Assembly: GCF_000002075.1 (NCBI RefSeq)
Contig: NW_004797280.1
Coordinates: 2,022,592 to 2,086,591 of the forward strand
Source of the DNA: Aplysia californica
Lineage: Eukaryota
Direction of reading: 5' to 3'
DNA length: 64,000 nucleotides
Numbering within the stretch: position 1 is the first letter of the stretch; the number at the start of each line of letters is the position of its first letter. The notes under the pieces were generated by a model. That model worked only from the letters and a program-made list of their open reading frames with translations. It did not search any database and was not told the origin of the DNA. Shown here in pieces: positions 1 through 13,100 of this stretch. Position numbers and translations under genes: made by a program.

Positions 1-97
1 CCCCCCCCCCCCCCCCCCCCTCCTTCCCCCAAAGTCAAATTAGATCCGCATAAAACAGTTGATTTCCTTTGCACGTGAGGGATTTCACATTATTATT

Positions 98-360
98 CTT
101 TCAGCCACACCCCTGATCTTCTGGTTGGAAAGATCTACACCTTGCCTTCTCGGACAAGGGCGAAAAATCTCGGAGGGCCCGTGTGCAAGTTGCGCACGTT
201 AAAGATCCCTTGGTGGTATAAAATCGATAAGAGTAGGCTTCGGCCGCCACCTGGGCAAAATTCAAAATTTCCTACCAACTGAAAAAGTTTAATGTGTCCC
301 GCGCGCTCATATGACCTTATGCAGTTGCGAGCGCCGTAAAACACTTACAAAAGCAAAAAA
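98..360 (+). mobile_element. 5'-truncated Nin/Deu-domain-like SINE (family A)
   Basis: Closely similar to 13625-13895; GCACGTTAAAGATCCC core; hairpin tail and A-run. Confidence 0.8.
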
Positions 361-1112
361 GCACTATTATTATGCTTGAGCCCTGGTAAGTATCGGCGAT
401 TGTTGTTGTTGTTGTTGGAAATGTTAGGCCCAGGCAACACAACACACTGACACTGAAGATTCAAGACGGCGGAGACGTAAATTATACACGAAGACACATG
501 ATTTTACTTTGAGGCTGAAATGCTTGCGTCTGGGGACCAGCGACGATGCAGTAAGAGTTTTTCAGCACTTGCAACAGAAATAAGGTGACATGAGTGCCGA
601 AGATTAGATATGTTACTAGAAATTAAGTAGCATATAAAGAAACGAAGGACAAGAGATAAGGACAAAAGATGTTTGATAGGAAAGAAGGAGCAAACCAGAC
701 CTCAACAGCTTCAGTCGAGCATCCTCCAAACACGCGCAACCGAAGGCCTATATCATGTAAGCCTACACTCTGGAACAACAAAAATAACAAATACAGCTGT
801 GGGTGCAAGCTTCGAAAACTGTTAAAGGTTTCTTTCATTTGTGAGTGATTTAAATTGCTTCCATGCGTTTAGTGATCCATGGGAAAGAAAAAATAAATTT
901 ATTTTGTTGCAATTACATAATTATATATTTTCTTAATCGGCGAAAGCGAGCAAGGAATCTCTTGAAGTTGGAAGAGGTGTACTTATTCCGGTTCCGTTTG
1001 CACTTTCGTTTTCTCATTGTGACTGTCTTGAGGCAGATCATGGAAAGCATGGGGCAGTAGCAGTTGCAATGTAGGCTACTACGAAACCAAAACAAAGACA
1101 AAGAACTAAAAA

Positions 1113-1185
1113 ATGGACATTCAGCTCGAATGTTTTGTAGGACCAGTCACTAGTCTTACAGCATGTGCAAACAAACTCATAATAG
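1113..1185 (+). CDS. WDR6: WDR6 exon 1 ([25 protein letters not shown])
   Basis: AAAATGG start; PVTSL motif; G|gtaaat donor, phase 1. Confidence 0.8.
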
Positions 1186-4100
1186 GTAAATCTAGTCTAG
1201 ATTCTCTAGGTTAATTTTATTGATTAACTTTTAACTTTGAATTTTGAAGACTCGAGCCTCAGGCAAGTTATTGAATTGAGCCCCCCCTCTCAGAACTCCA
1301 GCTGGTCGGCATCAGTATGGTATATGAAAAGTGTTTTGTTTCCTATGGCTCCACCTGGTTGATGATTAAAGTTAAGGCTCCTAAAGTTGAAGTTGCATGA
1401 ATTGCTTGGCTTGTAGGCGTTGCCCCCCCCCCAAAAAAAAACCCAACAACAACAACAAACAAACCAAAAACAACAACAAAAAAACTGATGTTTTATTATT
1501 TTTTAAAAAGATCTAGATCTAGATTAGATCTAGAATCTAGTCTGGCCAGTCTCTCTGAGTCTGGTCACTTGCTTTTGCGAATTACTTTTGTGCATCATAA
1601 CGTTTACTGTTACAAAATTCTTTAGTCCAAATGACACTGCAAAATAAAGCAATCCACCCCTCCACACACAGTCACAATTCAAATGTGTAACACCACCACC
1701 TTTGGTCTTCTCCCTGTGCTATCAAAAGGACGTACATGCTACTCTAGACTTCCGAAATTGTGGAACTTACAACTTAGGCGACCATGGCAAGGTAGATCTT
1801 CAACTAAGGAGGCTCCAATCAAGCTTTCTTTTTTACTGAATACAGTCAAACTACAAGACGGAATCGCAAAGGAGCTAGAAAAAAATTCCGTCTTAGTAGA
1901 TATTTTCCGTCTTAGGCAGAGGAATTTAGGGGGAGATGGAAGGGGGTTTCAAAGGCCCAGCTGGTGTTATCAAGGGTCCTGTCGGCAAGCAATGGCAGTG
2001 GTCAAAACTTCACCTCTCAACTGCTATCCTGTCTGATAATGATATGCATCAGTCTTACTTATTACCACCAGTGCTTGCCTTTCATAGGACCACTGTTTGT
2101 CCTATTAAAAACAGAAATGTTTGAACATCTCCTTTGCTTCCACCCTTAGCTCTACCCACCGGTGAAACAATTACAATCACAAGCTCAGTCAACCAATGCC
2201 ACCCCTCACTGCCATGTAACAACGATTTAAGGAACTCTTTTCTTGGCTGGCCGTTCAATCAGGGCGGCAGGCATTGGTCAATTTAATTTCACACCTCTCT
2301 GGTTTCTGGCTACTCAGGAAAGTTTCCGTAGTGGCTCGCTACTGGAGTACTTTCACTGGCACTGGTGAGATTTCACACCCACACCATCCTGACAATCTTC
2401 ATCACTCAAGGCTCACATGATGGGGTAACATCTACCCCCAAATTGCACCCCTACTCCCCTTCCTCGCCCAGCGGCATGGCCATGGCATTAAGTTTAATGT
2501 CGGCGGAACCAAACTTGCAAATTTTTTCTTATAAATCGTTTCTACGTTGGACAGGTTTCCGTTTTATACAGAGGTAATTAAACAGAGGAATATATATATT
2601 ATGTATGAAGGGGGAAGCGGGGAGATTCCTTAAAGACAGGTTTTCGTTATACAGGTTTCCGTTAAGGCAGGTTCAACTGTATACCTTGAGATACTGAATA
2701 CATTCTGATCATATTTTTTCTGACACTGATTTTATTTTTCTTGAACCATGATTTCATTTGAATTTTCTCAGGCTTGAATAGTATTTTTTTTAAGGGTATG
2801 ATGAAAAAAGTAGTCTTTAGGTCATGCTTACGTCATGTGTGAAAAATTTTTGTTTTTATCCTCCACAGGATGCGGCTCCGAGATCACCATTTTCAACTTG
2901 GCTTCTGAAAAATATGAAAACACTCAACAGATATTTGTAGGCTCTTCTGTTCATGGTCTTAGAGCAGGTGAGTCAAGAACAAATGGTGAGCATTAGGAAT
3001 TTATAGTATACTGAGGAGATTAATTTAATCTATTGTATTTCTAGATGCTTTGAATTAGCAGCATCTATGATGTAGCCTTAAGGTAATTCATAAATATCTC
3101 TGGGACACACAAAAAAGTGAGTTTGATTCCTGTGTAAAGAGGTTTTTTTAGAATGAATTAGATCTACATGTTGTATCTCCCTTTGTCTGCTGAAATTATA
3201 TCCCTTGTAGCTCGGGTTGGCCCTGACAGGCAGAGTCAAAGTTTGCTTCATAGATGATCTAAATTGTGTTAATGGGGAAGTAATACTTCTACTGCTATGT
3301 ATTTCTTTTTGTAATTTATTGTGTTGCACAAGACTGAGACAAAATATAATGTACAGATGTTTTAAATTAGTACAATCACCAAAATGCCAGTGTGGAGAGG
3401 CGGACCAAACAGTGGAACACATCCTTCTGCACTGCAAGACACACAGGGCCCTGAAACAGGAAACATGGCCATCCCCACTGACACTACAGGAGAAGCTATA
3501 CGGGCCGACAGATGAACGGAGCAGGATGGCCCAATATATATAACAAATACTGGACTTCAAGTGTGACGTGATGGAGAAGAAGGAGAAGAAGGAGGAGAAG
3601 AAGAAGATTATGTTGAAACTGTTATCTTTTTCTATCTTTTTCCTGCTGATGAACAGTTACTGGGTTGCCTATTCTCTCGGAATTTGTACCTTTGTACAAA
3701 CAGTGTTATTGGAAAATGTATTGAACAGCAATTTAATTTTCCCTGTATGATTTACATGGATACTCAGTTTTATACAAAATTCTCATACTTCTATAGAGGT
3801 ACTTGTAAATGTACTGCATCTCTGGATACGTAAAAATCTTTTTTTAGAGAGAATAAGGTAAGTAAATTTGGGTTTTTGTTTTGTTTTGTAAAATGCTCAA
3901 AACAGATTGTTCACATCGCACAGTGACAACCTTAATATTCACCCAGTAGTTCATTTCTCCCAAGGATGATACCTAATTTTGTTCTTTAGCTTTAAATAAT
4001 GTTTTATTTGTGGGGTAAAAAGTAATGTGACTACACTTATTGAACTTGATAAGATTTAGTGTAAGTCTGATTTTTATATTTGTATATTGTCGTTTAACAT

Positions 4101-7100
4101 TTTTTTTTTTTGGTTTCAGGCTTGTCATATGGAAATGAGCATAGTCTATGTGTTTTTGGAGCTAAACATGCTCGCATAGTTACCCTTTCAAACTGTGATA
4201 GTGAGGATAAGAAAAGTGACATCAATCTTGTATCTGATGTCTTTCATGCCGAGGACTGGATATGGGATGCTAGGTGGCTATGTGATCAAGACAAGAGTGA
4301 AAGGGTTAGTTATGCTCTTATTTTATAAGTACAGGTGGCTATCATAAGTATCCTATGTTGCCCTTTTTCTCTCTTTTTTTTTCTTGTACCCAATCCTATA
4401 CAATTGGGCTTATCTGGTAAATAAAACAAGGTCAGTCTGATCTGTTATTCATTTTCATCCATTTTATTCCATATTTGCAGGTGGTTTTGTTAGTTGTTTC
4501 TTAAATTTTGATTGAGGACTGGTAGGTTATTCAACTATCAACAAATATATTTGTGCTTGATTCTTCTGAATACACCAATTTGTCAATATTAGTAATTATC
4601 CTATCGTCCTCTCACCTCTGAGTCATTTTCTATCTCATCCCATAGAAGAACAGTAGGGCTCTTTTTTTTTTTATCACTGACAAATTATCGAAATATGTGC
4701 AGTCTCAGATTTACTGAAATTAGTTTTACAGTTAGCCAACCATACAAGGCCGCAGAAGAATGGGAACTTAACAATAGTGGTTTTGTCAATAAACTTTGCA
4801 CGTAAATTTGATATTTTGCTTATTTAAAGTGTGATATTAAAAAGAAATATTTCCTGGTTTTATTTTCAGGAGTCTGATGAGTATGGCACTGTTGCCTTAG
4901 CATTGGCTCATAATACTGTCGTTCACTGGAACTGGAAGGAGAACAAGGTGTCAAGGACAAGGCACTGCACAGAGAAATGTATACTGTATCCTTTATTTTG
5001 TTTTCACTGTACGCATCTACTAAACTCAATTAGTGTACATGCTCTAGAAGTTTATTATTTCCTACAGTCTTGAACAATGGTTTTTCAATCTGTTTTCAGT
5101 GATGGCACCATGACTCCTTTTGTGGTCTTTTCTGTGACTCCTGTTTTTTGGGGTTGTTTTTTTTTTAAATCTTTGTTTCTCTCTGGAATAGAACATTTCT
5201 TGAAAAAGATATTGTAAATATTGTATCTGCCTAAGCGTAGGGAACAATTCCAGATTTGTGCTGCACATTCCATGGGTCACATGAGGTCCTGTGTTGTTTT
5301 TTTTTCAAGCTCCTAATACAAGGATAGATGTGATGGAGAGCCTTGTATTCTTAAACACTTGAACACAATACTCTAGATCTCGTGTACATGGAGCGTGCAT
5401 AAAAAACTCTGGCAGTAGAAAGTAGAAGAAGACATTTGTACTTCTTCTGGGGCAAGCTGCTGTGACAAGGTTTTTAATTGATTTTTACCTTGAACTGAAG
5501 GAATTATTACCAGTAAAATTTTTAAGATAGGCTTAAAAACCCCCCAGCTGTCTTAGGAATTGGAATGACACTCGCCCATTTGACTCTTTGGAAAGCAACA
5601 GCTTGTTGAATTATGTTGTTATCAATTGCAGCATGGATTAGAACCAAGATTTGATTACTTTTGAAATTTTGCAGAGAAATGAAGAAAAAGTAAGGGCTCA
5701 TTTGAGTCTGGTGATGACATTAGGGTGAGGTGCTGCTTTCTCTTTTTTGGGGGGCTAAATTCTGACTGGAATCCGGTCTGTGTTCTTTTGTGATTAAAAT
5801 GATAAGAATGTCAGTACCCTTTGTAGTATGTTGTGGCTATGGTGTCTCTAAGAAAAAACATGTCTCACTGACTTAAATATGTCCTAGTATCATTTCAGCT
5901 GTGTTGAGTAAATTCATGTTTTTCAGAGATCTACATTCTGTGTATAATGCAGACCTTTGTATCTTTTTGTTGATTTTGAGTCGGTCGTGCAAGAATGTAT
6001 GAATGTTAGAACAAGTCAAATTTACATTTTTTAACTGCATTCAGATATTGTGCTCACTTTATTGGGGACTCCTGGAGTGATTTGGTTCTGGCTGCTGGCA
6101 CAGTCTTCAATAAAATAGTATTGTGGCCTGTGGGGAATTGTAATTCTCAGGACCTCGATGAGCCTGTGGATATTGTTCACACGCTCTCTGGCCACAAGGT
6201 ATGTTGCCCCTGAGAGGACTGAGGAGAAATAAATTTTTAAAAATAAATTTTATGCCCTTGGTGCAATGCTGAGGAAAGTCTTTGGTGTCATAGACATTGG
6301 TGTAATGCTGAAGCCAAAAGAAAAGTCTGCAAAGTGCATACATCCATGAGTAGAAATAAAGCTTTTAAATGCTCATAATGTTTCTAATTTTTCTCTGACT
6401 CAATTGGTCTCATTGGCCACAGCAGGGTCACATGTCAACTTAAACCTTGTCTTATTTTATCTGTTTCACTTAACCTCTTCACTGCTGAGTAGACGTGTGT
6501 TCTGGCTTGTATTCTCATATTGTTTAATCTGGTTGACAAAAGAAGTTTTAGTTGGTATAGTTACCGTTTGTGGTTTTTGCTTATTCTAAAACAATTCTCT
6601 GTGTTAAAATATTCCAAGAATTAACATTTTATCATGTCGGTACAGATGTTGATGGAAATTTTTCAGCAGTGAAGGGGTTAAGAAACATTCTCAATGCATT
6701 GGTCATCATCAAATATTGATGGATGAACTATTATTATTATCATCATCATCATCATCATCATCATTATTATTATTGTTATTATCAGTATTATTATTATTGG
6801 TGTTGAAAGCTGAATGAATGTTTTGCTTTTCTCCTTAGTGGCGAAAGTTCAGGCCACCATCTCTCCCCCTTTTTCCCTGTTAAAAAGAAAAAAGTAAATT
6901 AAAGAAATATGACAAAATCCCACATGGTAGTGCATCTTTATAGTGGACCTGTACTTTAAAAGAATTATTGACTCAATGAAATCTTCCCCAAAATTCCCCA
7001 AAAAGTGAAAATTTATAACTACATGAAATAAGTTTTCATAGCTGATTATTTCAATGAGTTTTTACAGACCATACTCTTTGCTGTTTATTATTTGCTAAGT

Positions 7101-10100
7101 TATTTATTACTTACTCACTTTTATTTGCTCTTTATTTATATTTTCTATTTCATTCACAGGGAGTTATTTTCTCTATCTCCTTCCATCCCAAACTGCGCAA
7201 AATTTGCTCAGCGTCTGATGATCGCAGTATTCGATTGTGGAAGTTGACATTTCAGTGCAATGACTTTTCCGCATTGAAGCCTTCTGATTGGAACACTATG
7301 GAGAGTACCCTCCTTCTGTGTCTATTTGGCCACTCGGCTCGTGTCTGGGATGTTGAGTTGATGACCACCTGCTTTGCTAGTGTTGGAGAGGTAAGATGAT
7401 GTGAACTGAGAGAAACGTTATAAATCTGGACCAAAATGTTTAACTGAACATAAATAATAGCCGTTTCAAGATACTTTGCAAGAACATTTATTTTGTGGCG
7501 CAACCATTCTTGTGGTCAGTTTTGTTTGAGTTACAGAGGGATACCTAAATGTATAATTGCTGTCCCAGTTCTGGGGAAAATCCAGAAGGATAAAAAGTCA
7601 TTAGAGATTGGTAGAAAAGATGTAAAAAGGCATATGGGCAGCATTTTCAAACAACTGCCAGACTGCTGATGGACATTTTGAACTAATTAAATATGAAAGA
7701 ATAAGTCATAACTAGCTGCCACTTTCTTTTTTCTTTCATTATTACAGATTTGTCTGTAATATGGTTGAATAGCTTGAATATTTTTTTGTGGGTTTGTTCT
7801 CAGGATGCCACCTGCAATGTGTGGGACTATGATGGAAACATTATCACCAAGTTCAAAGGACATCAGGTTGGTGTTTATTCGACAAAAACAAAATTCTGTC
7901 TGATGATGTTTTTCTTGAACCTTTTTTTGTTTTAACGAGTTACTTGCTGTGATGTTGTAGGATGTTTATAATTATTACAGGTTCTAAAGGTTACTGAGAG
8001 GAACTGAATCTTGTTGAAAAAGTTTTACATGTGATAATGTGTTGTCATGAGAATTAAATTTGCCTGAAAGATTGGCTATGTATCCTAACATTTTGTGGCA
8101 TAATTTATTTGTGCTTTTGATATGAGTTTTGAGCTTATACAATCATGTTGCTGTATGTGATGTGAGTCATTCTTTACACTCAAAAGTTGTGAGATCTATT
8201 TATTTTTCCCAATCTTATGCATGAAAGTGTTTTATCTTGAAAAGATGAAGAAGTGAAGGGGAAAGTACTATCTTTTCTTTTGCTGGGATACTTATCAGAA
8301 ATTTGTTTAATTTGTTTTATAAAATTTATATTCTTGACTGCTCTTTCGGTTTCAGGGTCGTAGTATATGGAGTTTGGCTGTCGGAGAAGATGAGAAAAAT
8401 CTGGTGAGGATTTTCAGTGGTGCATTTTTTTTTGTGTCTGCAGACTGAATGACTAGTGCCCAGTCCCTATGGTTCATTCTTTCATGTGTTAATAATGAAC
8501 AGTGAATAGTTTATTTTGTTTTATATATCCAGTGCCTTTTTTTTTATAAGGTTAGTTTCTTCTCTTTGAAGTGTGAGTATTTGTACAGTTTTACATTATT
8601 ATTTTACACTTGTCCTGTTATTAATGCACTAATTTCTTTTAAAGTGACCACTACCTTTTTGCTTCCTCTTTTTTCTACACAAGTTTCAATTGCCTTGTTT
8701 TTATAATTATGTACGTGTGTCTCTGGGGCCTGGTTTAATCTCTTTCATGTTGAAGCAGATGAAAAATTGAAGCTGCACATTGTGTGAGTTGTAGCACAAT
8801 GTGCCTGAGTATTGCTGTGTTCATATGTGACCCTGCTGGTCAAATCCATACTTCAGGTAGTATGATGATCACGTTATAAAGTCCTCTTATGCTCTCTGAG
8901 TTTGAACCTGTACCTGTTTCTTGAATAAAGTCAAGATTATATTTGCTTGAGGCATAGGATACCTTTGAGTCTTATTAAGATTTAAAAAATATCAGGGATA
9001 TGAGGCATAGTAAGATTTTGTGTGCTTCTGTAGAGATGGGTCTTAAAGGAGGCTGTATTACATTGTAATCTCAGTTCTTTTGTATTAATGCAACTTTTCA
9101 TTATGATTATGATTATTATTACTACTATTGTTATATTATTATTTTTAATACTAATAGTAATATCATTATTATTATTATTATTATTATTATTTGTTTTCTT
9201 GTTGAAATCTACCAGTTTACTGGAGGAGGAGATGGCAGTGTGCGCATGTGGTCACTGGAGCAGGGAAGGGACAAGCAGATGTCTCAAACAGTGTTGACAC
9301 TACCCTCATCAGCGGCACGTGTAAGTGGCTGTGTTTTCGGTGAATCATGTGTTCTCTCCATTAGGGATACTAAAAGGTTTTCTTGGAAAAACATTTGTCT
9401 CAGATCTATGATGGTTGCACTGCTCAAATGTTTTCAAGATGAAACTGACTGCTTTTGTAAAGTTTGTGTGTAAAGACTTTTTTGTATTGTTTAAAAATAC
9501 AGTCGAAATTGTCTAAGACAGCCACTCAATGTCGAGGAGAAAAACCGTCATCTTAAACAGGTGGATGTCTTACGTAGCGTCATTATAATGTGAAAAAAAT
9601 GCAAACAATGAAATTGGAAGTAAACGTTTGTACAGGTGATTGTGTTATGCATCTGGCCGTCAGAGCAGGTTTGATTGTATTATGCTCTTGGATGCAGTTT
9701 TTGTTCCCATTTTCTATGTTCCCATTTTCTATGTTCCCATTTTCTATGTTCCCATTTTCTATGTTTCAGTGTCATGGACAAGAAGACTTTCCAAGGAGTG
9801 TCACACTGTTGAACTACAACATGGTACTGGTCATGATGAACTCTGGGTACGTTGGTTCTTTCTACAGCTAAGACAAAGAATGTTGCAGAGACTCAGCTGG
9901 TACAGCAGAACATGACTATAGTGGCACCTGCTGCAGCGGGGCCTTTCCGGAATCTCCTTTTTTGGTCTATGTGAACTCACCTGTGCTTGTGTTTAACAGG
10001 GCAAGGAAAGGCCGGTACTTTGATACAGCAGGAGAGATCAAGTGAGCTCTAGCTGGGGGAAGGGTGTTGGGGGGGCTGTAGGTGGGCTCCAAACAGGCAG

Positions 10101-13100
10101 TCAGCGGCGTGGTGATTAGCCAATCCAGTGATGAGTGAGGTGTGACAGGTGGCAGAAAGAGATGATGCGGAGAGATGCGTTATGTGAGCCACTCCAAAAG
10201 TGATGTGCCATATAGCCCTAGGCCTAGGCTAGGCCAAAAAGACTAAAAGAAGAGGAGAGTGTATAGTGTGTGATTTTTCGGTAATTCCCCTTTGCATTCC
10301 TATAGCGGGAACTTGCCAAGAGCAGGATTTTTCTTCTGGAACTAAAAGTCCCGCTATAGCTATGTTCTACGGTATATAAAAACAGCAAGAATATGTAGCT
10401 TCTGAGCCACAGAAAGACAAGGACTGATCATGTCTAGTCTTTGTATTTTGCTTCTTTGAAAAGTTTATCTTCTTACTGACTCAATTGACCCTTTTTTGTT
10501 TTTTTCTTTTATTTATGGAGTTGGATTCAGACTGTTTTTTTCTTGTTCTATCATAAACAAAAAACAGTGTTCTGTTTCATTGGTAAGTCTTGTCAAGATT
10601 ATATCATAGAATTCTGAGTGAAATACACCTCTTTTTTTGTTGTAATTTTTATCATCACACTAAAAAAAGATCACACAGGAGCGTTTTCTGGACTTACTGG
10701 ACCTGATGCCATGTTATTTGCTAATGGTTTTTATAGATCCTGATGTTTCTAAGTCCATGACTAGGTTAATTATAAATTGTAGTGGTGCTTTTTTACTCTG
10801 GTGTCATCAGATTCTAGAATCTTTAGCAGATACTGAAAGACCATCTGTGCATTGAGTTTCTGTAATTAACCGTTTTTGTTCTTAAAAATTAAATGTGCTT
10901 GATTGTATTCCAGGTCTCTCTTGTGTTACCACATATCAGAGCAGCAGTTTTCCGAGCTATTGTCTGGTGCAGACTTCCACTCGTACAGTGTGGTGAGCCC
11001 ATGCCCCGATGGCAGGAGTCTTGCTGTGGGCAGTATCAGTGGAAAGTTGTGTGTTATCAAAGTACTAGGTGATTGCTCAGAGTTTATTTATTTGTTTTTG
11101 TTTGGGTTTTTTTATCCACTATATTGTTGCTGGATCTTACATTCATTTCTTTTTTTCTCTCAATTTCGTTTTGTTTTTATGTAGTGCTTTGTATGTGGAA
11201 CTTGTGGATATAGAGAAACTCAGTTTTTGATACTTAAACACATGTTTGTTATTTAGATGTCGGCCTTTGACTGTAATGTAGATGGAAAAGAGTTTCCAGA
11301 AAGCTTTTTTAGAGTACAATATTTTGAAAACAGTGATCCTAAAAAAAATTTCCAAAAAATGTAAAATAGATCAGTAAAATAGAGGGCATTCCCCAGACAG
11401 TTACGAATTTTTCAGTGCGCTCAATAATTTTGTTCTAGACATTTATTGATAACTTGGAACAAGAGGCAATGATGTTTGATCTGATATACTATTGTCTACC
11501 ATCTATGGTAACTTTGGAGGCATACAATTCTTGTAAGACTGATAGAAGGCTGCATACTCTTCAATTGTTGTCTACTGACCTTGTCGTGAATGCTGTGTCA
11601 GTTTCATAAATTGGAGCAGACATATCCTGTTGGTGTAAAATTCATATGAACACATTTTTTGCTTTCAATCTTTCCCACTGCTGCAGAGTCTGGTGAGACT
11701 GTTAGTTGTGAAAAGACTGTGTTTTCTGGTAAGGTTCTGGGCATAACATGGATAGATGTGGATTGTCTGGTGATATCGGGACCTCTGGGCTACTGTGTGA
11801 GTAAATTTACCTTTATTGTCGACTAGCTTAGTAGAAATAAGCTGATTATCCAAACAATTTTGGGCAAATACATTTAATTTATTCAGTTAATTTTTTTTCA
11901 GTTTTTGTGCTTTCATATCATTTTCAATATTCTTTTTTGTTAGCAAACCAGTCCTTTAAAAAAAAAAAAATCAGTCTTTAAGCATGAGATTGATATATTT
12001 GAGTGAAATATAAATTTCCATTTGTGAACGAATGTCTTTTACTCTAATTTGCACATCAGGGGAACATCTCTTTTATTGAATGCTGTTTCCAACTAACCCA
12101 GATTGACCCTGACGTGGGACCTTGAAACATTTATATTTGCTGATGCTTAAAGAAGGGTGGGCGGGGGGAGGGGGGGGGAGTGAGGACAGACAGAGTGTAG
12201 TTACGATACATTTGCAGCGCCAGGTAAAAATGGCAGCATCTGAACTATAACTAAAAGGGTGTGTCTTTTCTTACAGCACTTGCTGACAGTAGAGACTTCG
12301 TCCCCTGCAGAGACACAGGGCCAGCAGATGTCCATCCTGACCCAACGGGAACTGAGCTTGCCTCCTTCCAAACACCGATGGGTCACTGCGGCCTGCATGG
12401 TGCCACTGTCCGATGGCCCAGCTCGTGGGGCTCCTGCATTGATGGTGTGTGGTGACAAAGATGGCTCTGTTCACTCGTACACCCTCTCTCCAGAAAATAC
12501 TTCTGATGCAGATGGTTCCCAAACTACTCCAGTGAGTCTTGTAAAAATATATGTTTGGTGTCATTTGGGTTGTTGGCAAAAATAATTTTTCTTTCAGGAG
12601 GTCTAGTTTTTTGTTTTGATCATATGCTTGTCCTCTATTCAGCATGCACTTGTGAAAAAAATTTTAAAGATAAGAAAAATATTTTATTGCAAATCCTGAA
12701 TGTGTTGTTCATGTCCTATTGTTTAAGTTTTTTTGTTTTCTGTGTAGGAAGGGACAGATTGTTAACTTGTACTCTATATATGCTCATTGAGCTTTTACCC
12801 TTTTGCTGCAAATCTTTCATGAATCTAAAAAAATTATTTGAACTGAAGGATGCAAATATCTAATATCCTGACACTAAGTGCTCTGTAACTGTTGTCTGCT
12901 GGTTACTCATGATACCTGACTCACAGTCGTTTAGCCCCGACTTGCACACATTTGATAGGTCCAGGTTTGAGAGTAACAATTGATTCTGGTTTATTCCCAC
13001 TGGTTTGATCAATCTGCCTATTTTCTTTCTTTAAAAAAAATTTCTTTGAGGCTCTGTTCCTCTCTCTGACTTGAGCTTAACTTACTTTTTGTGTTCATTA

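Noticed and set aside
2365-2577. Paralogous ORFs 2365-2577 and 40935-41147
   Set aside because: Similarity comes from two copies of the same non-coding MITE; the frames are not conserved beyond it.
5709-5768. Possible C/D snoRNA (GTGATGA...CTGA) in WDR6 intron 4
   Set aside because: No terminal stem or recognisable rRNA guide; such motifs occur by chance. snoscan would be needed.
9088-9297. Hydrophobic ORF resembling a signal peptide or TM helix
   Set aside because: (ATT)n microsatellite read into WDR6 exon 9 in the wrong frame.
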